A DNA stretch of 64,000 bases from Psilocybe cubensis (taxonomy: Eukaryota): positions 1,116,001 to 1,180,000 of the forward strand of contig CM039006.1 of NCBI GenBank assembly GCA_017499595.2, written 5' to 3'. The notes beneath the pieces are model-generated. The model was given only the letters and a program-made list of their open reading frames with translations. It did not search any database and was not told the DNA's origin. A program made the translations under genes and the position numbers. Within the stretch, counting starts at the first letter, position 1, and each line of letters starts with the position of its first letter. Below are positions 49,006 through 61,900 of the stretch, one piece after another.

Positions 49006-51130
49006 CTATACCAACGCTGAAGGCCATGAACAAATGCCTATCTCTTTCTGTGCATCCTCTGAAGAGTTCTCAAATTCCTTGTAAACGACCCCACAAGTTT
49101 CGATCCCTAGAATCGCCCATGTTTCCCTGCACGCGCGTCTGCGCTACTGGGTTAGTCACAGCAAAAAAGGCTTGATCAACAAAACATCAAGATGGTATGA
49201 TAGATTAGAAAACCTCGCGTAAAAAGGCTCTTTTTTCAGGGTACCTCTTTCGCATTGTCTTCATATCTATATTGAGCCGTACTTCAGTATCGAAGTGATC
49301 TAAATTGTGTGCATCATCCGGGGGAGGAGTGTGTCGAAGTCTTGCAGTAGTGCAGGCATTCCGATATGAAATGTTAATGATAAGCCATTCATTCACAATC
49401 CTAGTAATGACTTACTCATTGGATGACTTCGAGCTTGAGGGAAGTTGAACCGAATTATCATGTGTTTCGACGGATGATGAATTATTTTTGTGATTATAGC
49501 CATTGTGCCCTTGATCATATTCATCCTTGATAGTCGATGGAATGCTGAGGACATCGGATGGGGCACAGTTAGGTGGTGGCGGAAGATACATATGTACCCG
49601 CATCCCAGACTTGGCGGTACTGGATGCCTTGGTCGTCGTTCCAAGAGGAAGTATACCTGGTAGCCGAAATGATTTGCTAAGTGCTGGGAGAGTTTGTGCA
49701 TTTGATCTAACAGAAAGTCTGTCAGAACATATGCGAGATAAAATATACCAATTTTAACTTCATCCTGGCCCGTTTTCGCACAGGTAGTGTCGACCATTCT
49801 TCATCAGGATCATTAAGCGTATTGTACGCATCATGTTGGGTTATGTTACGCTTCCGGTTGTGCTGGTGGACATATTCGGTTTTCTGGAAGTATTTCGTTG
49901 AGGTTTGTGATTGTGCAGATGTCATGCATTGAGACCGATCCTGTAAATCTTCACGAATCACGTCCGACTGGTCGCCAGTGTCAGTGTGAGGCAATAAGGA
50001 CCGAAAGCAATAAGAGAGACATTTGCACAAAAAATGGAGGGCGCGACACTGAGAGACACTGTATCTTGGCCAATTTTCTCTACATGAGGTCCTATTATGC
50101 TTCAGATATTAGTAGAATCGGACAACATGTTTCAATTGGCGTACCATATTTTCTATGAGGATATAATTCTCTTGATTCTTGATTGTTGTGTGGTACAAAT
50201 GGCTCCCTAAAGCCTAACGGATAAACAGCGTCGCGGTCTGGATAAGAAGCAGCATGCGGCTTAAGAGGCGAGGAAAAAGACGAGGGATAAAGGCTGAAAG
50301 CAACTTGAGGGGCACGTATTGGGGAAGATAGACATGGACGGTTGTGGTTCAGAGAACTTGACGACACTTCGTTGTAAAGCAGAGAAGGCGGAGCATTGCA
50401 ATTCATAACGCCACTGCCCGGTCTCGCATCTTGTAATGGATCGATGTTGCTTCTAGTTGATATATGCGCATTTGTAGGTCCAAGTGTCTGATTGGGCACT
50501 GTCTGGGGAGTAGGAGAAGGCTCCCTAATGCAATAAAAGTGTTAGAAGTATGACAAAGGAACGAGGAAATGAAATAAACAGCTTATATCGAGTTGAACCC
50601 ATATCTACTGCAGCGGGGACGGTAGGTGCAGCCTCAGGTAGACTCTCATCGCACGACGATTTTATGATGGTGTTCGACGACGTCACGTCAGAATGCTCGT
50701 TAGGGGCTAGATGTGCCAAATCGGATATTCCGCCTTTCAGAAAAGATTTCGAGGAGTCTGCTTGTTTAAAGTGGTTTTTAGCTGTTTTTTTCTTTGAAGC
50801 TTGAGTCTTAAATCCGTCTATTATGGTACTCTGCACAGGTTTCTGTTTGCTTGTTCGTCTGTGCAAACCTAAAGTACGAGGCATTGTCTTTTCAGTGGCG
50901 TTGGATTTGGAGCGATATGCAGCGTTTATTTTGGCAATGCTAAACGGATTGGGTTTGTAGGTGACATTTTCTTCTCTGTTGGACAGGTCAATGTCGTCCA
51001 AATCGTCGATATGGGTAGACGTAGGTTGTTTCGTCTCGCCGTCGGTGCATTCGGAATCAGAATCAGAGTAGCATGGATTTGTGCGAAAATCAAATATCCA
51101 TTCGCTATCAGTCAGGTTTTTTCTAACCAT
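49006..51130 (-). CDS. Hypothetical, largely low-complexity protein (multi-exon)
   Basis: Starts MVRKNLTDSEWIFDFR...'DLSNREENVTYKPNPFSIAKINAAYR'. Successive minus-strand ORFs are separated by GT-AG introns. Probable end 'WAILGIETCGVVY...WPSALV*'. Internal structure uncertain. Confidence 0.6.
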
Positions 51131-51989
51131 GTAAAGAATATGTGGCTGGTAGATGTGGATGATGGGATGACGGAAGCTCAAGTCAAGGATGGTCACTGGA
51201 ATGTGGCACCCGCGACTTACCGATCGGAGTTTAAACGCATAACTGGTAAGGTTTTTGATCTCGATCAACCCTTGCTTCATTCACTGACTTTTGAACTATT
51301 ACGACTCCGAACGATTTAGATTCTTCATGGTAAAAATTCTGGACGATCTGGTCTTTATATCTAACAAAGGGGTAATTTTCCGGGCAAAGGCGTAGCAGTT
51401 GGACTGGCCTGTTGACAACATTGCCTTAGTTCAACGTGATCATATGCATTTGGACTTTTGCAACCACAGTAACACGCTACGTTCTGTCGAATGCACCTTT
51501 TCCGACCCTTCTCCTCCTGCCACATAACAATGACGACATCGGAAGCTTGCTTCATTGGCTATTGCTAGCTTCGGCTCCCTCCTGGCCGCGTTGTGCCTTC
51601 CTCTGACATCGATGTTTGCTCAATCAACGTACCGTGTGGTTCCTGGTCCTTCTAAAGTGGAGAAGACCTCCTATTTAATGTTTTTTTTTGGTTCTCGCGA
51701 AGCTCCAACATTCGTGGCCGTGCGCATAAAGTGGCCCTACCACAGTTTTTTCTAGTGAATCTCGTTGCAACCCGTATGCCCGTGATCATGAAGAGACTTC
51801 TTAGCAGAGAACACTCTGGATATCTCTATGGTCCGTCAAATTCTTTCGGGTCCCAATTTTGCCCTAGAAGACAAAACGGTCCGGAAAACCGCCTTGTGAT
51901 CCAAAACTTGTTAGTGAGGCATTTGACTATAAATGAGAAGGTTGTATTGATTTCTGCGCCGCTCTCTCAATCGTTCTTCCTTCAACGCA

Positions 51990-54320
51990 ATGTCCCTTTC
52001 CCTTCTTCTAGGAACGGCTCTTTTGTTTTCGAGGACGATATGCGTAGCGTCTTTGTCCTCTAATCTTGGACCGGTCGTCGACCTAGGGTACGCTGCGTTT
52101 GCTGGTAATAGCACTTCGCCGGAAGGAATCGAGAACAGCCCTGTTACGTTTTTTGGAAACATTCCTTATGCAGAACCTCCTGTTGGCAATCTTCGTTTCC
52201 GTGCACCCAAGCCACTCAACGAAAATGGAAGAGCACAAGTGGTCACTGACGCCAGGAACTGGGGTCCGCCATGTATTCAATGGCCAGCAGTAGTAGGGGT
52301 AGGCTCCGAAGGTGCGATCCATCGACAGTAGTTTAAAAGTGATTGCTAACTTTACTAGATTGTTTAACGCTAAATGTTTGGAAGCCAACTAATGCTACTG
52401 AAGGATCCAAACTTCCTGTTGTTGTCTATATTCATGTAAGCATGTCCACAATTCTACGGAAACTTTATTACAACTGACATGAATGGTAGGGGGGCGGATT
52501 TTTCCAAGGGGTAATAATCTCCCGTATCGTCATTTTCACTCCTAATATTGTTCCCTAGTCTCCATCAGGTTTCCCCTTTAATGACTGGGTTGCACAACAC
52601 CCAGGTGGTATCGTAGCCGCCTCAATTACCTACCGTTTAGGAGTTCTAGGATTTATGGGCGGCTCGCAAATAGCTGCAGATGGTGACCTAAATGCCGGTC
52701 TTCTTGATCAACGAGCAGGCTTGGAATGGATTCAACGTCACATCTCAAAATTCGGAGGCGATCCAAATGAAGTTACGATAATGGGCGAGAGCGCCGGTGG
52801 TGCTAGCGTTGTAATGCAAGTTGTTGCGTATGGAGGTGGGTCATTTTTAAAAAACCGATATTCCAACATACTCAGCGCGATAATGACAGGAACCAAACCT
52901 GCTCCTTTCAAACGCGCTGCTGCACATTCTATTGGGTTTGGTGGCGTTCGAAATCAAACTGAGGTGGAACGCGATTTCAGTAAGCGAGTAATACATCTAT
53001 TTCGATACACACGAAGGCCAATGACTTCCAAAAGGCATGGCTGCATCTATCATTGGATGCCCTGACGACAAGAACACCTTGTCTTGTATGAGGAATGCCT
53101 CCGTAGGTAAGTCTAACAGAATTCTAGAAGAGGAAACTGTGCTAGAAAGGCAACAGGAGCAATTGTGAGCGCTATAAATCGGCTTCCAAATGATTTATCG
53201 CCCGTCATCGACGGGGATAATGGATTCCTACCTGACCTTCCCTCGCACCTGATCAACGCCGGCAAATTCAGCACAGTCGAGTTTTTGGGCGGACACTGCA
53301 CTGGAGACGGGGCCACTTTTGTGGGAGGGACCCCTGATCAATTCAAGACTGATGACGATATTCGTAACATTCTTTTCGCTAGGTACCGAGGATTGGTAGG
53401 TTCTTCTCTGCCAGTTTGTAGCTGTATGTATGCTCACTTGTATCTTTACCTGGAAAGACGGCAGACACAATTGCAAAAGCTTTTGCTCTATATCCAGCTC
53501 CAGGAACCCCGGGAAGTACTTTCGCCACTCAATTTGATCGTGCATCAGCGATGGCTGGTGACATTGTGTTTTCCTGCATGTAGGAATTGTTATCCATCCT
53601 TCTAATCAGTGCTTACACCGTATTTAGGGATTGGCTGCTGGCTGAAAAGGAATTAGAAAGAGGTGTTAAGAATGTATTTGCTTTCAGGTGATTAAATTCT
53701 GTTGTATGAAGAATCAACGACACTAAATTACTAAACGCCTACAGCTGGAATGCCCCTGACACCGTGCTTTTCAACGCGACGCCATACCGGGGCGCTGCTC
53801 ACACCTCTGATCTTTACTACTTATTCAATGGTAGGTTGATTACAATTTAACTGTCGTCATCCCAAGTCTCACAGGCTATATTTCATAGGAAACAAGTGAG
53901 CTCCTTTTTTATAAGAGGAATGTGACCTACTTACACTTCTCAGTCCCTTCAACAACGATGGTAACACCTTTACCCCATTCAACACGGTGGGTGGTTTACA
54001 TTCCCTTGTGTAATTTGCCTTATCTTAACAGATATCCATACTATCATTGACATTAGAGCGAGGCGGTTTTAGCGTCAGAAGCCATCGCATACTGGACATC
54101 ATTTGTAGCCAACGGAGACCCTTCTGTCGATAAAAAAGCTACTTCACCCGCATGGACCAAGTTTTCTGCTGGAATAGGACAAGACACGCGCTCGCGCATG
54201 CAGCTGACTCGTGGGGGTAACAATGTAACTGCCTCTGGCATGGAAGGGATATCACCCGCTCAGATAGAACGGTGCCAGTTCTGGATGAGTGACACTGTTG
54301 CAGGACAAACTCGCCTGTAG
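51990..54320 (+). CDS. Secreted type-B carboxylesterase/lipase (alpha/beta hydrolase)
   Basis: Signal peptide; 'IPYAEPPVGNLRFRAP', 'SEDCLTLNVW', 'YIHGGG', 'YRLGVLGF', 'NAGLLDQRAGLEWIQ', nucleophile 'GESAGGAS', His in 'GAAHTSDLYYLF'. Confidence 0.95.
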
Positions 54321-54758
54321 TGAGGACCCTAATTTCCTATCTGTTTCTTGTTGACACCGTAATACCAACATTGAATTACATCACGGAGGCTCATATACCA
54401 CCGACCTCCAAATAAGCATGAAAGGATTATACAAAAAACCCTAGTCTGACATTGGTAGACCGGTTGTGCACATCATTGAAGATTTTGCCTGCGTGAACCC
54501 ACGCCAATACATGCCAATCATTTTCAACTGCGAATTGTCAACAGCCATTCAGATATTCACATAGATCATAGGATTACTCCTAATGCTGCATAAGGCATAT
54601 CCAGTACACATCGTTTATCTCGTCATGCATTAAAGCTAAGAGACATAAAACATGCAACACTACAACGGCCATTGGAGTTGACCCGAAAAGTGGACAGAGA
54701 GCAAAGCTCTGAGTCAACAAGCCGTCTAACCCAAGTCCACACCAGCAAGCCCAAAAAC

Positions 54759-55500
54759 TTAGAAAGTGGCAGGGCGGTTGGCGACGAAGGTCGAGCGGAA
54801 CTTCGCAACACGATGTGGGAGGGGGAACTTGAGGTTGGGGGTGAGAAGTTGCTTGATGTATGGGCGACGGACATCCTCGGTCTTCTCGATCTCGACAACA
54901 CGGAGAACCTAATGGTAAGCGATAGGTTTAGCATTTAATTATACAAGTATACAAGTTGTTGGCAGCATACGTGGATAGACCTGAAGCGGGCACGATGCCT
55001 GGCAGCCATGTCCTGGTAGAGACTCTTGACGGCATCGGCACGGGTGAGTTCACGGAACTCCTTGTACATGTTGTGGGTTCCGGAGCGAGAATCGTAGCGA
55101 AGCCAGATACCGAAGTTCTTGACCTTCAATGGCTTTTTCTCGTGGATCTACAATAAAGGAGAGCCAATGCGAACAAAAGAGATACCGCAATAAAGCCCTG
55201 TAGTCAGCAATCCCATTCCGCCTGCCTCTTGAGGGCTGCAAGGGACATCAAAATGATACATACGACATTGACACCAATGATTTCACCATTGGCCTTCTTG
55301 ACCTTTTTGAGTTGCCTAAATCATGTTCATCAACGTATACGAACTATTAGTGTTGCAATTACACACCTCAGGAAGTACCAGAAGCGGGATTTGGCAACGA
55401 CCTCGTTAGGCGCGAAAATGCGCATACGATAGATTTTGGGTGTAGGCTCCGCCTCCGTGGGCAAGTGACGACCGACGACCTGATATTCCTGGAGACCCAT
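54759..55500 (-). CDS. RPL20: 60S ribosomal protein eL20 (L18a)
   Basis: [15 protein letters not shown]...'[22 protein letters not shown]'...'[25 protein letters not shown]'...'[15 protein letters not shown]'...'RPATF*'. Confidence 0.98.
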
Positions 55501-55967
55501 TCTGTTTGAAATGAGGAGATGTCAGCGCAACATTCGTAAAAGTACTCTGACCACACAAAAGTTCCGCGCGTCATCCAAGTTGGTGACCATCCATCCATCC
55601 CAAGTTGCCTCTTTTTGCTCTCAATAGCCATATAGAATGTACCGGATGTCCGCGCATGTCCACATCATAGGTTAAATTGAGACTCACGTTGGCGGAGGGG
55701 TGTTTTCTTGAGGTTAGACGTCGCACAATGTGTTCTGTGGACCGCGATAACTGTCGGTTGTTTGTACATGCTTGCCAAGCAAGTGCATCCGCGGCTTCTC
55801 GGCAGACTAGCCAATGCATCATGATGAGATTTATTTCGCATTCTGAACTCGAAGACTACACAAAATTGACAAAGAGAAGCATACAATACAAATAGTGCAA
55901 ATTTAACAAAAAATGGAAGCGATCTAGTTGATACTACATTTGATACATCTTGAGAGCAAAGAAGCTA

Positions 55968-57441
55968 TTAACCGATAGCCATATCAGTCACGTCTTCTAC
56001 CGTCGCCGTCGACGAAGATTGACCATTGGGTCGCATGGAAAAGACTACGTCTTTGATCACTTGTGCGATTAGTCCATGCTGTGCCTCTACAGCGATCTTC
56101 GTGCTAACAGAAAATGGATCGTACGTCAACAATTTTAAAACATCACTTAACAACACACCTGTCTTTGACACCTTTCGTGAGTTGATTGTCCTCTTTCTTT
56201 TTCTCTTCCTTCTCCTTTTGCTTAACATGTTCGCGTTAAATAATGTATAATGCGGCTTTAATTAATTCTGATACCTTTTGTGAGGCCACCGATATGTCTT
56301 TATCTTTGATAGTGGGAGCTGTTGCACGTGTATTTGCGACGGAGTTCTGTGCTTTTGCCAACTTCTGATGCAAATCGGTTAACTGTGATACAGCATATGC
56401 TCTGTTCTAAAGGATATATTAGGAGAAATTTAGATATGAGATGCAAGCAAAACTCACCGATACAAGTGGGCTTTGACTCAGCGTGTTAACCCAGTACTTG
56501 TTCCACAACATGGCCAATAGGTCGTTGTCTAAACTGGACTTGAACACTTCCACCTCTAATTGATAATACTGGTTTGCATGGACACCAAAATCTTCAATTT
56601 TGTTCAACGGGATTGATTGGTATTCTGAAGGGGAAACATTGGGTGGTGTATAGTTCTCTGGGAATGTACGGAAAGCGCCAATATCGACCTTCCCAGCAGA
56701 GATAGTTCGATTGGGGTCGATCTAGGTATAAGTGAATACAACATAATTTAGAGAAAGATATTCTATTCGTACCACCACAGCAACGAACGGATCTTGGAAT
56801 TTCTGGTTGTTGATTTGGGTATTAACATCGATACCAGAAAGCCAACATCCATAGCCAGGGTGAGAATGGTACCATCCAATGGCATTCTCCAATCTTTGAG
56901 CCTTTTAAAATACTCAGTGTATCGCATGCATCTGATAGTTTTCTACGCACCTTCTCGCTTTGGCTGATGTATTCCACCATGTACTCATTGGCCTCGTGGG
57001 CTGCATTAACACGCGTCTCTGTCCCCTGTACCGGCAAAGCAAACGAATCCATGATGACAAGCGAGTTTCCCATCACCTTGCCCTGCATAAGACCCATAAT
57101 CTCGTAGGGGACTCCAGAGCGGGCGTGAATCACCTAAAGAGAAGAGTCAATCAATTGAATGCGGTCGCTCCTCGCCTAGTGGCATCCGCAAAAGGACGCA
57201 CCATCTTGATTAAAGCGATGGCAGATATTTTACACGACTTGAAATAATGAGGACTAATTGAAGTCGATATGAGTTCGAACTCCATTATGGAAAATGTTGT
57301 GCGTTACTCTTTCGTCCATGGTTGCTCGTTGTTGATCTTCTTGTCAGCCTCCACATCGAAACGATAGATTTCATCCTGGGGTGATACTTCAAGGATTTCA
57401 TTGGTCAGGGAGAACGTCTTGAGGGCCGTGCTGCTGGACAT
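55968..57441 (-). CDS. CSN5: COP9 signalosome subunit 5 (JAMM deneddylase)
   Basis: '[16 protein letters not shown]', 'EIMGLMQGK', '[14 protein letters not shown]', JAMM motif '[17 protein letters not shown]', '[13 protein letters not shown]', '[11 protein letters not shown]'. Confidence 0.97.
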
Positions 57442-57977
57442 CCCTGTGGCGTCCCGATAGATGTTGTTTTATTCAGGAGACACTCAATGGTGGGGAACTC
57501 CGAAAGAGTGACGAGTTGGCATTGCGCAGTGATCGCGACTGCTTGGCAATACCATCTGAGACAAACATATCGAACGGACTTCGTCATGAAAGTTGAAACA
57601 CAATCGAAAAATCTACTACTTGGTCAAATGCGAAGTAAAAAGGCCTGCAGTGAAAATTGTCAAACATAAACATTTGAATGAAGGTTCATAAAGTTCTGAC
57701 GTTCTGAAAACCAACAACGTAAAAGTTATTGGATGGCCTGGGCCCTGACCTGTGAAGTGGCATAGTTTCAGCAATTTCAGAGAGAGGCCCAGGCCATGCA
57801 TATCACTCGAGTCCCGGGCCACTGGAAATTATAACCATTTATTCATTGTTTCCATTAGTGAACTATACCTACTATCTGGGCCAGTGTCCCAAGAAATAGG
57901 CCACTCTGTATTATTATGGAATATTGAACCGTGTTGTAATATTATGACGGGCCGTTAGTTGAGGAAAAGTCTTAGAT

Positions 57978-58907
57978 GTGGCCACAATAAATGGTATAAG
58001 AATGCGCATAAAGCGGCAGTGCTTTGGTATACCAAATAATTCCCGCAATTCACCCAACCAAGGATCCCTATACCGCCCAAAGATGAAACAACCAACGACA
58101 GAATTCTGGATGGAAACGAGAGCCCGAACTCGTAAGGCTTCAAGTTCAACCATCCCAAAAAAGACAAACGCACCAGCACATCATACACCTTCCACGAAGA
58201 AGAAAGTGTACGTTCTCGTTCCAACAAGTCCGTATCCAATTCCCGGCAGAAATATATCTGGCAAAGGACAATTTCGCCAGGAGGTCGAAGTGTCTGACGA
58301 CGAGGAGGAATCTCCCTTCCAAACTAAGTCAGCCATGGACTCTCTGCTAGATGTACGATACACAATTGAGCATGAGGACACAGAGGAGGCAGGTGAACTT
58401 GAACTTAGAAAACGGCCTTACAATATTCACCCAAAATCCCAGGGCCGAGCAAACACTGACGAAATCATGGAGGATTTGGTGAAATTCAGAGAAAATCACG
58501 AAAGATACCTGAAGCACGGAGTGACGATAGGGGAATCAGCGGTTAGCATTGCCACGGAACCCTTTGGGGTTTCTGGCTCACAGAGAACTGCTATACGAGC
58601 TGATCTTACAACTCGCCAAATACCACACAACACTACTGCGGCGACATCCCGTGGCGGGCCTACTAACCCGCTCGTAGCATCATCGCGCACTGACCCATCT
58701 GGTGGTCCACTTCCTCTTAACCGACTTTCCAGCCTGGCCAGCGTCGTGCCAACCGAAATTGTCGATCAAGACAAACTGCGCCAACAGTGGGTTGAGCACC
58801 AGTCTACTCACCCACCCTCGGAAGGGCCTGCTCTTCCTAACGATATAATCCACGCCGAGCGGTCGGAAATGCTTAGGCGATACATCCAAGAGCAGAGCGA
58901 ATGGTGA
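57978..58907 (+). CDS. Intronless hypothetical protein (true start possibly ATG 58083 or later)
   Basis: Uninterrupted 930-bp ORF, hydrophilic, no recognisable domain. The ORF-track start is a GTG. Confidence 0.55.
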   Translation: MATINGIRMRIKRQCFGIPNNSRNSPNQGSLYRPKMKQPTTEFWMETRARTRKASSSTIPKKTNAPAHHTPSTKKKVYVLVPTSPYPIPGRNISGKGQFRQEVEVSDDEEESPFQTKSAMDSLLDVRYTIEHEDTEEAGELELRKRPYNIHPKSQGRANTDEIMEDLVKFRENHERYLKHGVTIGESAVSIATEPFGVSGSQRTAIRADLTTRQIPHNTTAATSRGGPTNPLVASSRTDPSGGPLPLNRLSSLASVVPTEIVDQDKLRQQWVEHQSTHPPSEGPALPNDIIHAERSEMLRRYIQEQSEW

Positions 58908-61900
58908 AATAGATGTTGTCCAAGGCTTTAACTTGTACTTATTTCGTATATCCGTGGCTCTATCAAGTGCTTGATAATGAAATTATGAGTTATATATCAC
59001 GTAGCGCCCACAAGGCGATTTACTGCCAACTTCGGTGAATTATGAACTATAAAATTATTCTCATTTGATATTTTTGCTGAGAATATATACCTCTAAGTAT
59101 ATTGATGTGTATATAGACGATGTGCGATCAACTAATGCGTTGGCGTACAAAACAATGCAAATACGAGTTGCATATGTACTGACTCCCCTACCAATAAGTC
59201 CGCCGCCAAGCTCTGTGACTAGACTCCCAAGCAGTAAGTACACTAGTAAAATCGGCAAACGGGAAATAGGCTGCGACTTGTTCCGGTTAATATCAGGGAC
59301 AGCTGCCAGAGACAACAATTGGAAAGATTCCACTGTGAGATGCATTGGTGTGACATTGCAAAATCGGGACCGCAGACCTGCCATTAATGTAGCCAAGTTG
59401 AAGGGCATGTATACCTGGTATTCTGCCGCTAAAAAGAATCAACTTCGAAGTGGGGCAAGCTGTAGCGTTGTCAAGCAACAGAACCGGCCTTTAGTTGTAG
59501 TATACATTGGTCATGGTGTTCTGAAGGCAGGGGATTCGGAGTTAGCTATAATATATTTTTATAGATAGATCATTGCCAGTGATCATCCAGACATTGAGAG
59601 TGTCATTACGGATGCACATACGAGTATAGGTATACATACCAATGAAACAAAGAGTTTCAATGTCGTCGCTAAAATCGATGGGTTAAGAGAATCTCACCTC
59701 AATAATCGAGTAGGAGTGTGGTACGGCTAAGGGAAAAGGTTTGTGCATTATGGATAGTTGACAAATGGACTCATTCACGTTGAACAGCAAGGTAGATATT
59801 TGAATCGGAGAATGAAAGAAGACTACATCGCTTGGCACGCTCTTATAATTAGATCTAAAATTTAAGGCACCCTGTCAGTTGTGGAATATCATCGCTTGCG
59901 GCTTGACATCGCTGGGAGTTGACACTCGTGAATTCATGGCCTTCTCGCATGCCTCATAAAGATCGCTGCACACGGGTTCAAAACCTACTGACATTTAGGC
60001 CTCCTCCCGACTCCACATATTGATCGTAGTCAATTCACCGTAAATAAAACGTCTTCAATCGGTGTGTACAATCATGATGACACATACCCGACACCCCGCA
60101 GTAGGGGTGGCAGCCTAATAAATCTCTCACGTTAATTGTAGCAGAAATACTTGCATTAGAAATCATTACAATGTATTGTGTTTTGAGCGGACCGAACGTT
60201 AGACTCGGAGACTGGTCGTGGCACCTCGCACCAAAGAGCTTGTGACGGTTACTGCAATATCTCCGATGATTCCCGGTGAGTCCTCTTCACGGTCAAGATT
60301 TCGGCTTGGTTATTTCTGCTCATAGAAAAGTTGAAGCTTCAAAGAATCTATTTTATCTCTTTTATTAATGTTATACTTCATCTACCAACATAATCGCCGC
60401 CCCCGTTACTCGCACAGCACAGCTACTGGGGTATCTTTGTTTTGTAGCCGTTGAGTTTATTTTGGCTACAACTGAGAGAGATGAATATTTATGCTTGAAG
60501 TCTAAGGTTTACTTCCAAAGTTCAAACTTGTCAATATGGCTATTTATAGAATGACGAAAATTTGACCTGCTCCTACAATTCCAAAGACCCAACCAATGCT
60601 TTTCAGAGATACGTAACGTTGATATGAGGGAAGCAAAAAAATTTCTGAATGACAGCTCCTAATGCCCACCAATATGCCATGAATTCTCTTAGCTGGTTTT
60701 TGCCAAGTCCTGGAAAACGCTGGGTCGTATAATCTTTGCGGCTTTTAGCGCACAGCTTGACTAAATATTCGGAATTAGACTTGTCAAAGACATTGCCTGA
60801 CGGTTTTCGAAGGACTCAGTCTACACTTGATTGGTGTTACTACAACGTAAACATTGGGCAACACCTTTGAGGCTATGTTGACATACGGGACATAATTAAG
60901 CCATCTACGTGTGCGATTCAGATACGTTTCTCACTGGAAAAATATATCGACTGCATACCTTACTACAGAAGATGAAGCACTTCAAACCATTGACACAACG
61001 CAGGTTTTGACTGAATTTTTTTCTCGCTTCTGATTTTTCACAGCCTGTCATAATTCCTCCCCTGTCCAAAAAGTTCATTTGGCATCTGTGGATATCTCGG
61101 CATCACCACCAATGGCCTGATTATATACTAGTACCACGTATTGATTTCACAAACTTTGAAGTTCGATGATTTCGATATTTTTGTGGCATCGTGCATTGTC
61201 CCTGGTTGAATATGTGCACTAACTTTTCAGATCCTGATGGGTATCCACCAACATGCTCCAAACCGTTTTTGATTGGTCCAGCATATGACGACATAGCCAA
61301 AAGCTTACATGGCTTTCATTCCAGGAAACTCGCTTTTGTCATCAAAGGGTACGAATGCCTTCAGATTTCCTGATTTGCGAAACCGTGAAGATAGGTGGTC
61401 TATATCGGCCCTAAATTTTGCAACGTGGAATGCTTCGAATACAAATCTAGCATATCTGTGATCAAGTCTTCTTGGTAACTTCTGAAGAACATTGCCATGC
61501 TTCGTGCTCGCTATTAGCAGGGTAAAGGCTACAGGCACTGGAAGCACACGAAGCATGAGCAGCTGATACGTTCACGGCCGTGTTACAGACCAGATTCGTA
61601 AACTCTTCACATCTCAAGCTCCGGTATATCGCACGTAAATTACTTCCCCACGAGAAAGTGTTATTGTCCTCGAATGAAGAAGCTTCAACGTTTAGGGGAC
61701 TATTTTTTCATAAAAATAGAGAGCTAGGCATTGGACTTGGGCTTTTATCGCTTACTGTAAATTACCTCCTGTTCATACCATTTAGCATTCGGTATGAGAA
61801 TCAGAAAGAAAAAAAATACTGACAAAGGAATGAACGGATCAGGCTCAATGATAATTCCATCCTCCAAGTGAAAGGTCAAAGAAGGTACAAGACATCACCG

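Noticed and set aside
33942-54320. Dioxygenase, reductase, amidase and esterase as a catabolic or secondary-metabolite gene cluster
   Set aside because: Interspersed with unrelated genes. No PKS, NRPS, terpene synthase, P450 or pathway regulator in the window.
55149-55262. Intronic C/D snoRNA in the 114-nt RPL20 intron
   Set aside because: Only an imperfect C box (TTGATGT), a CTGA that may be a branch site, and no terminal stem.
59061-59568. 167-aa and 115-aa ORFs on opposite strands
   Set aside because: Non-ATG starts, no motifs or splice support, probably chance ORFs.
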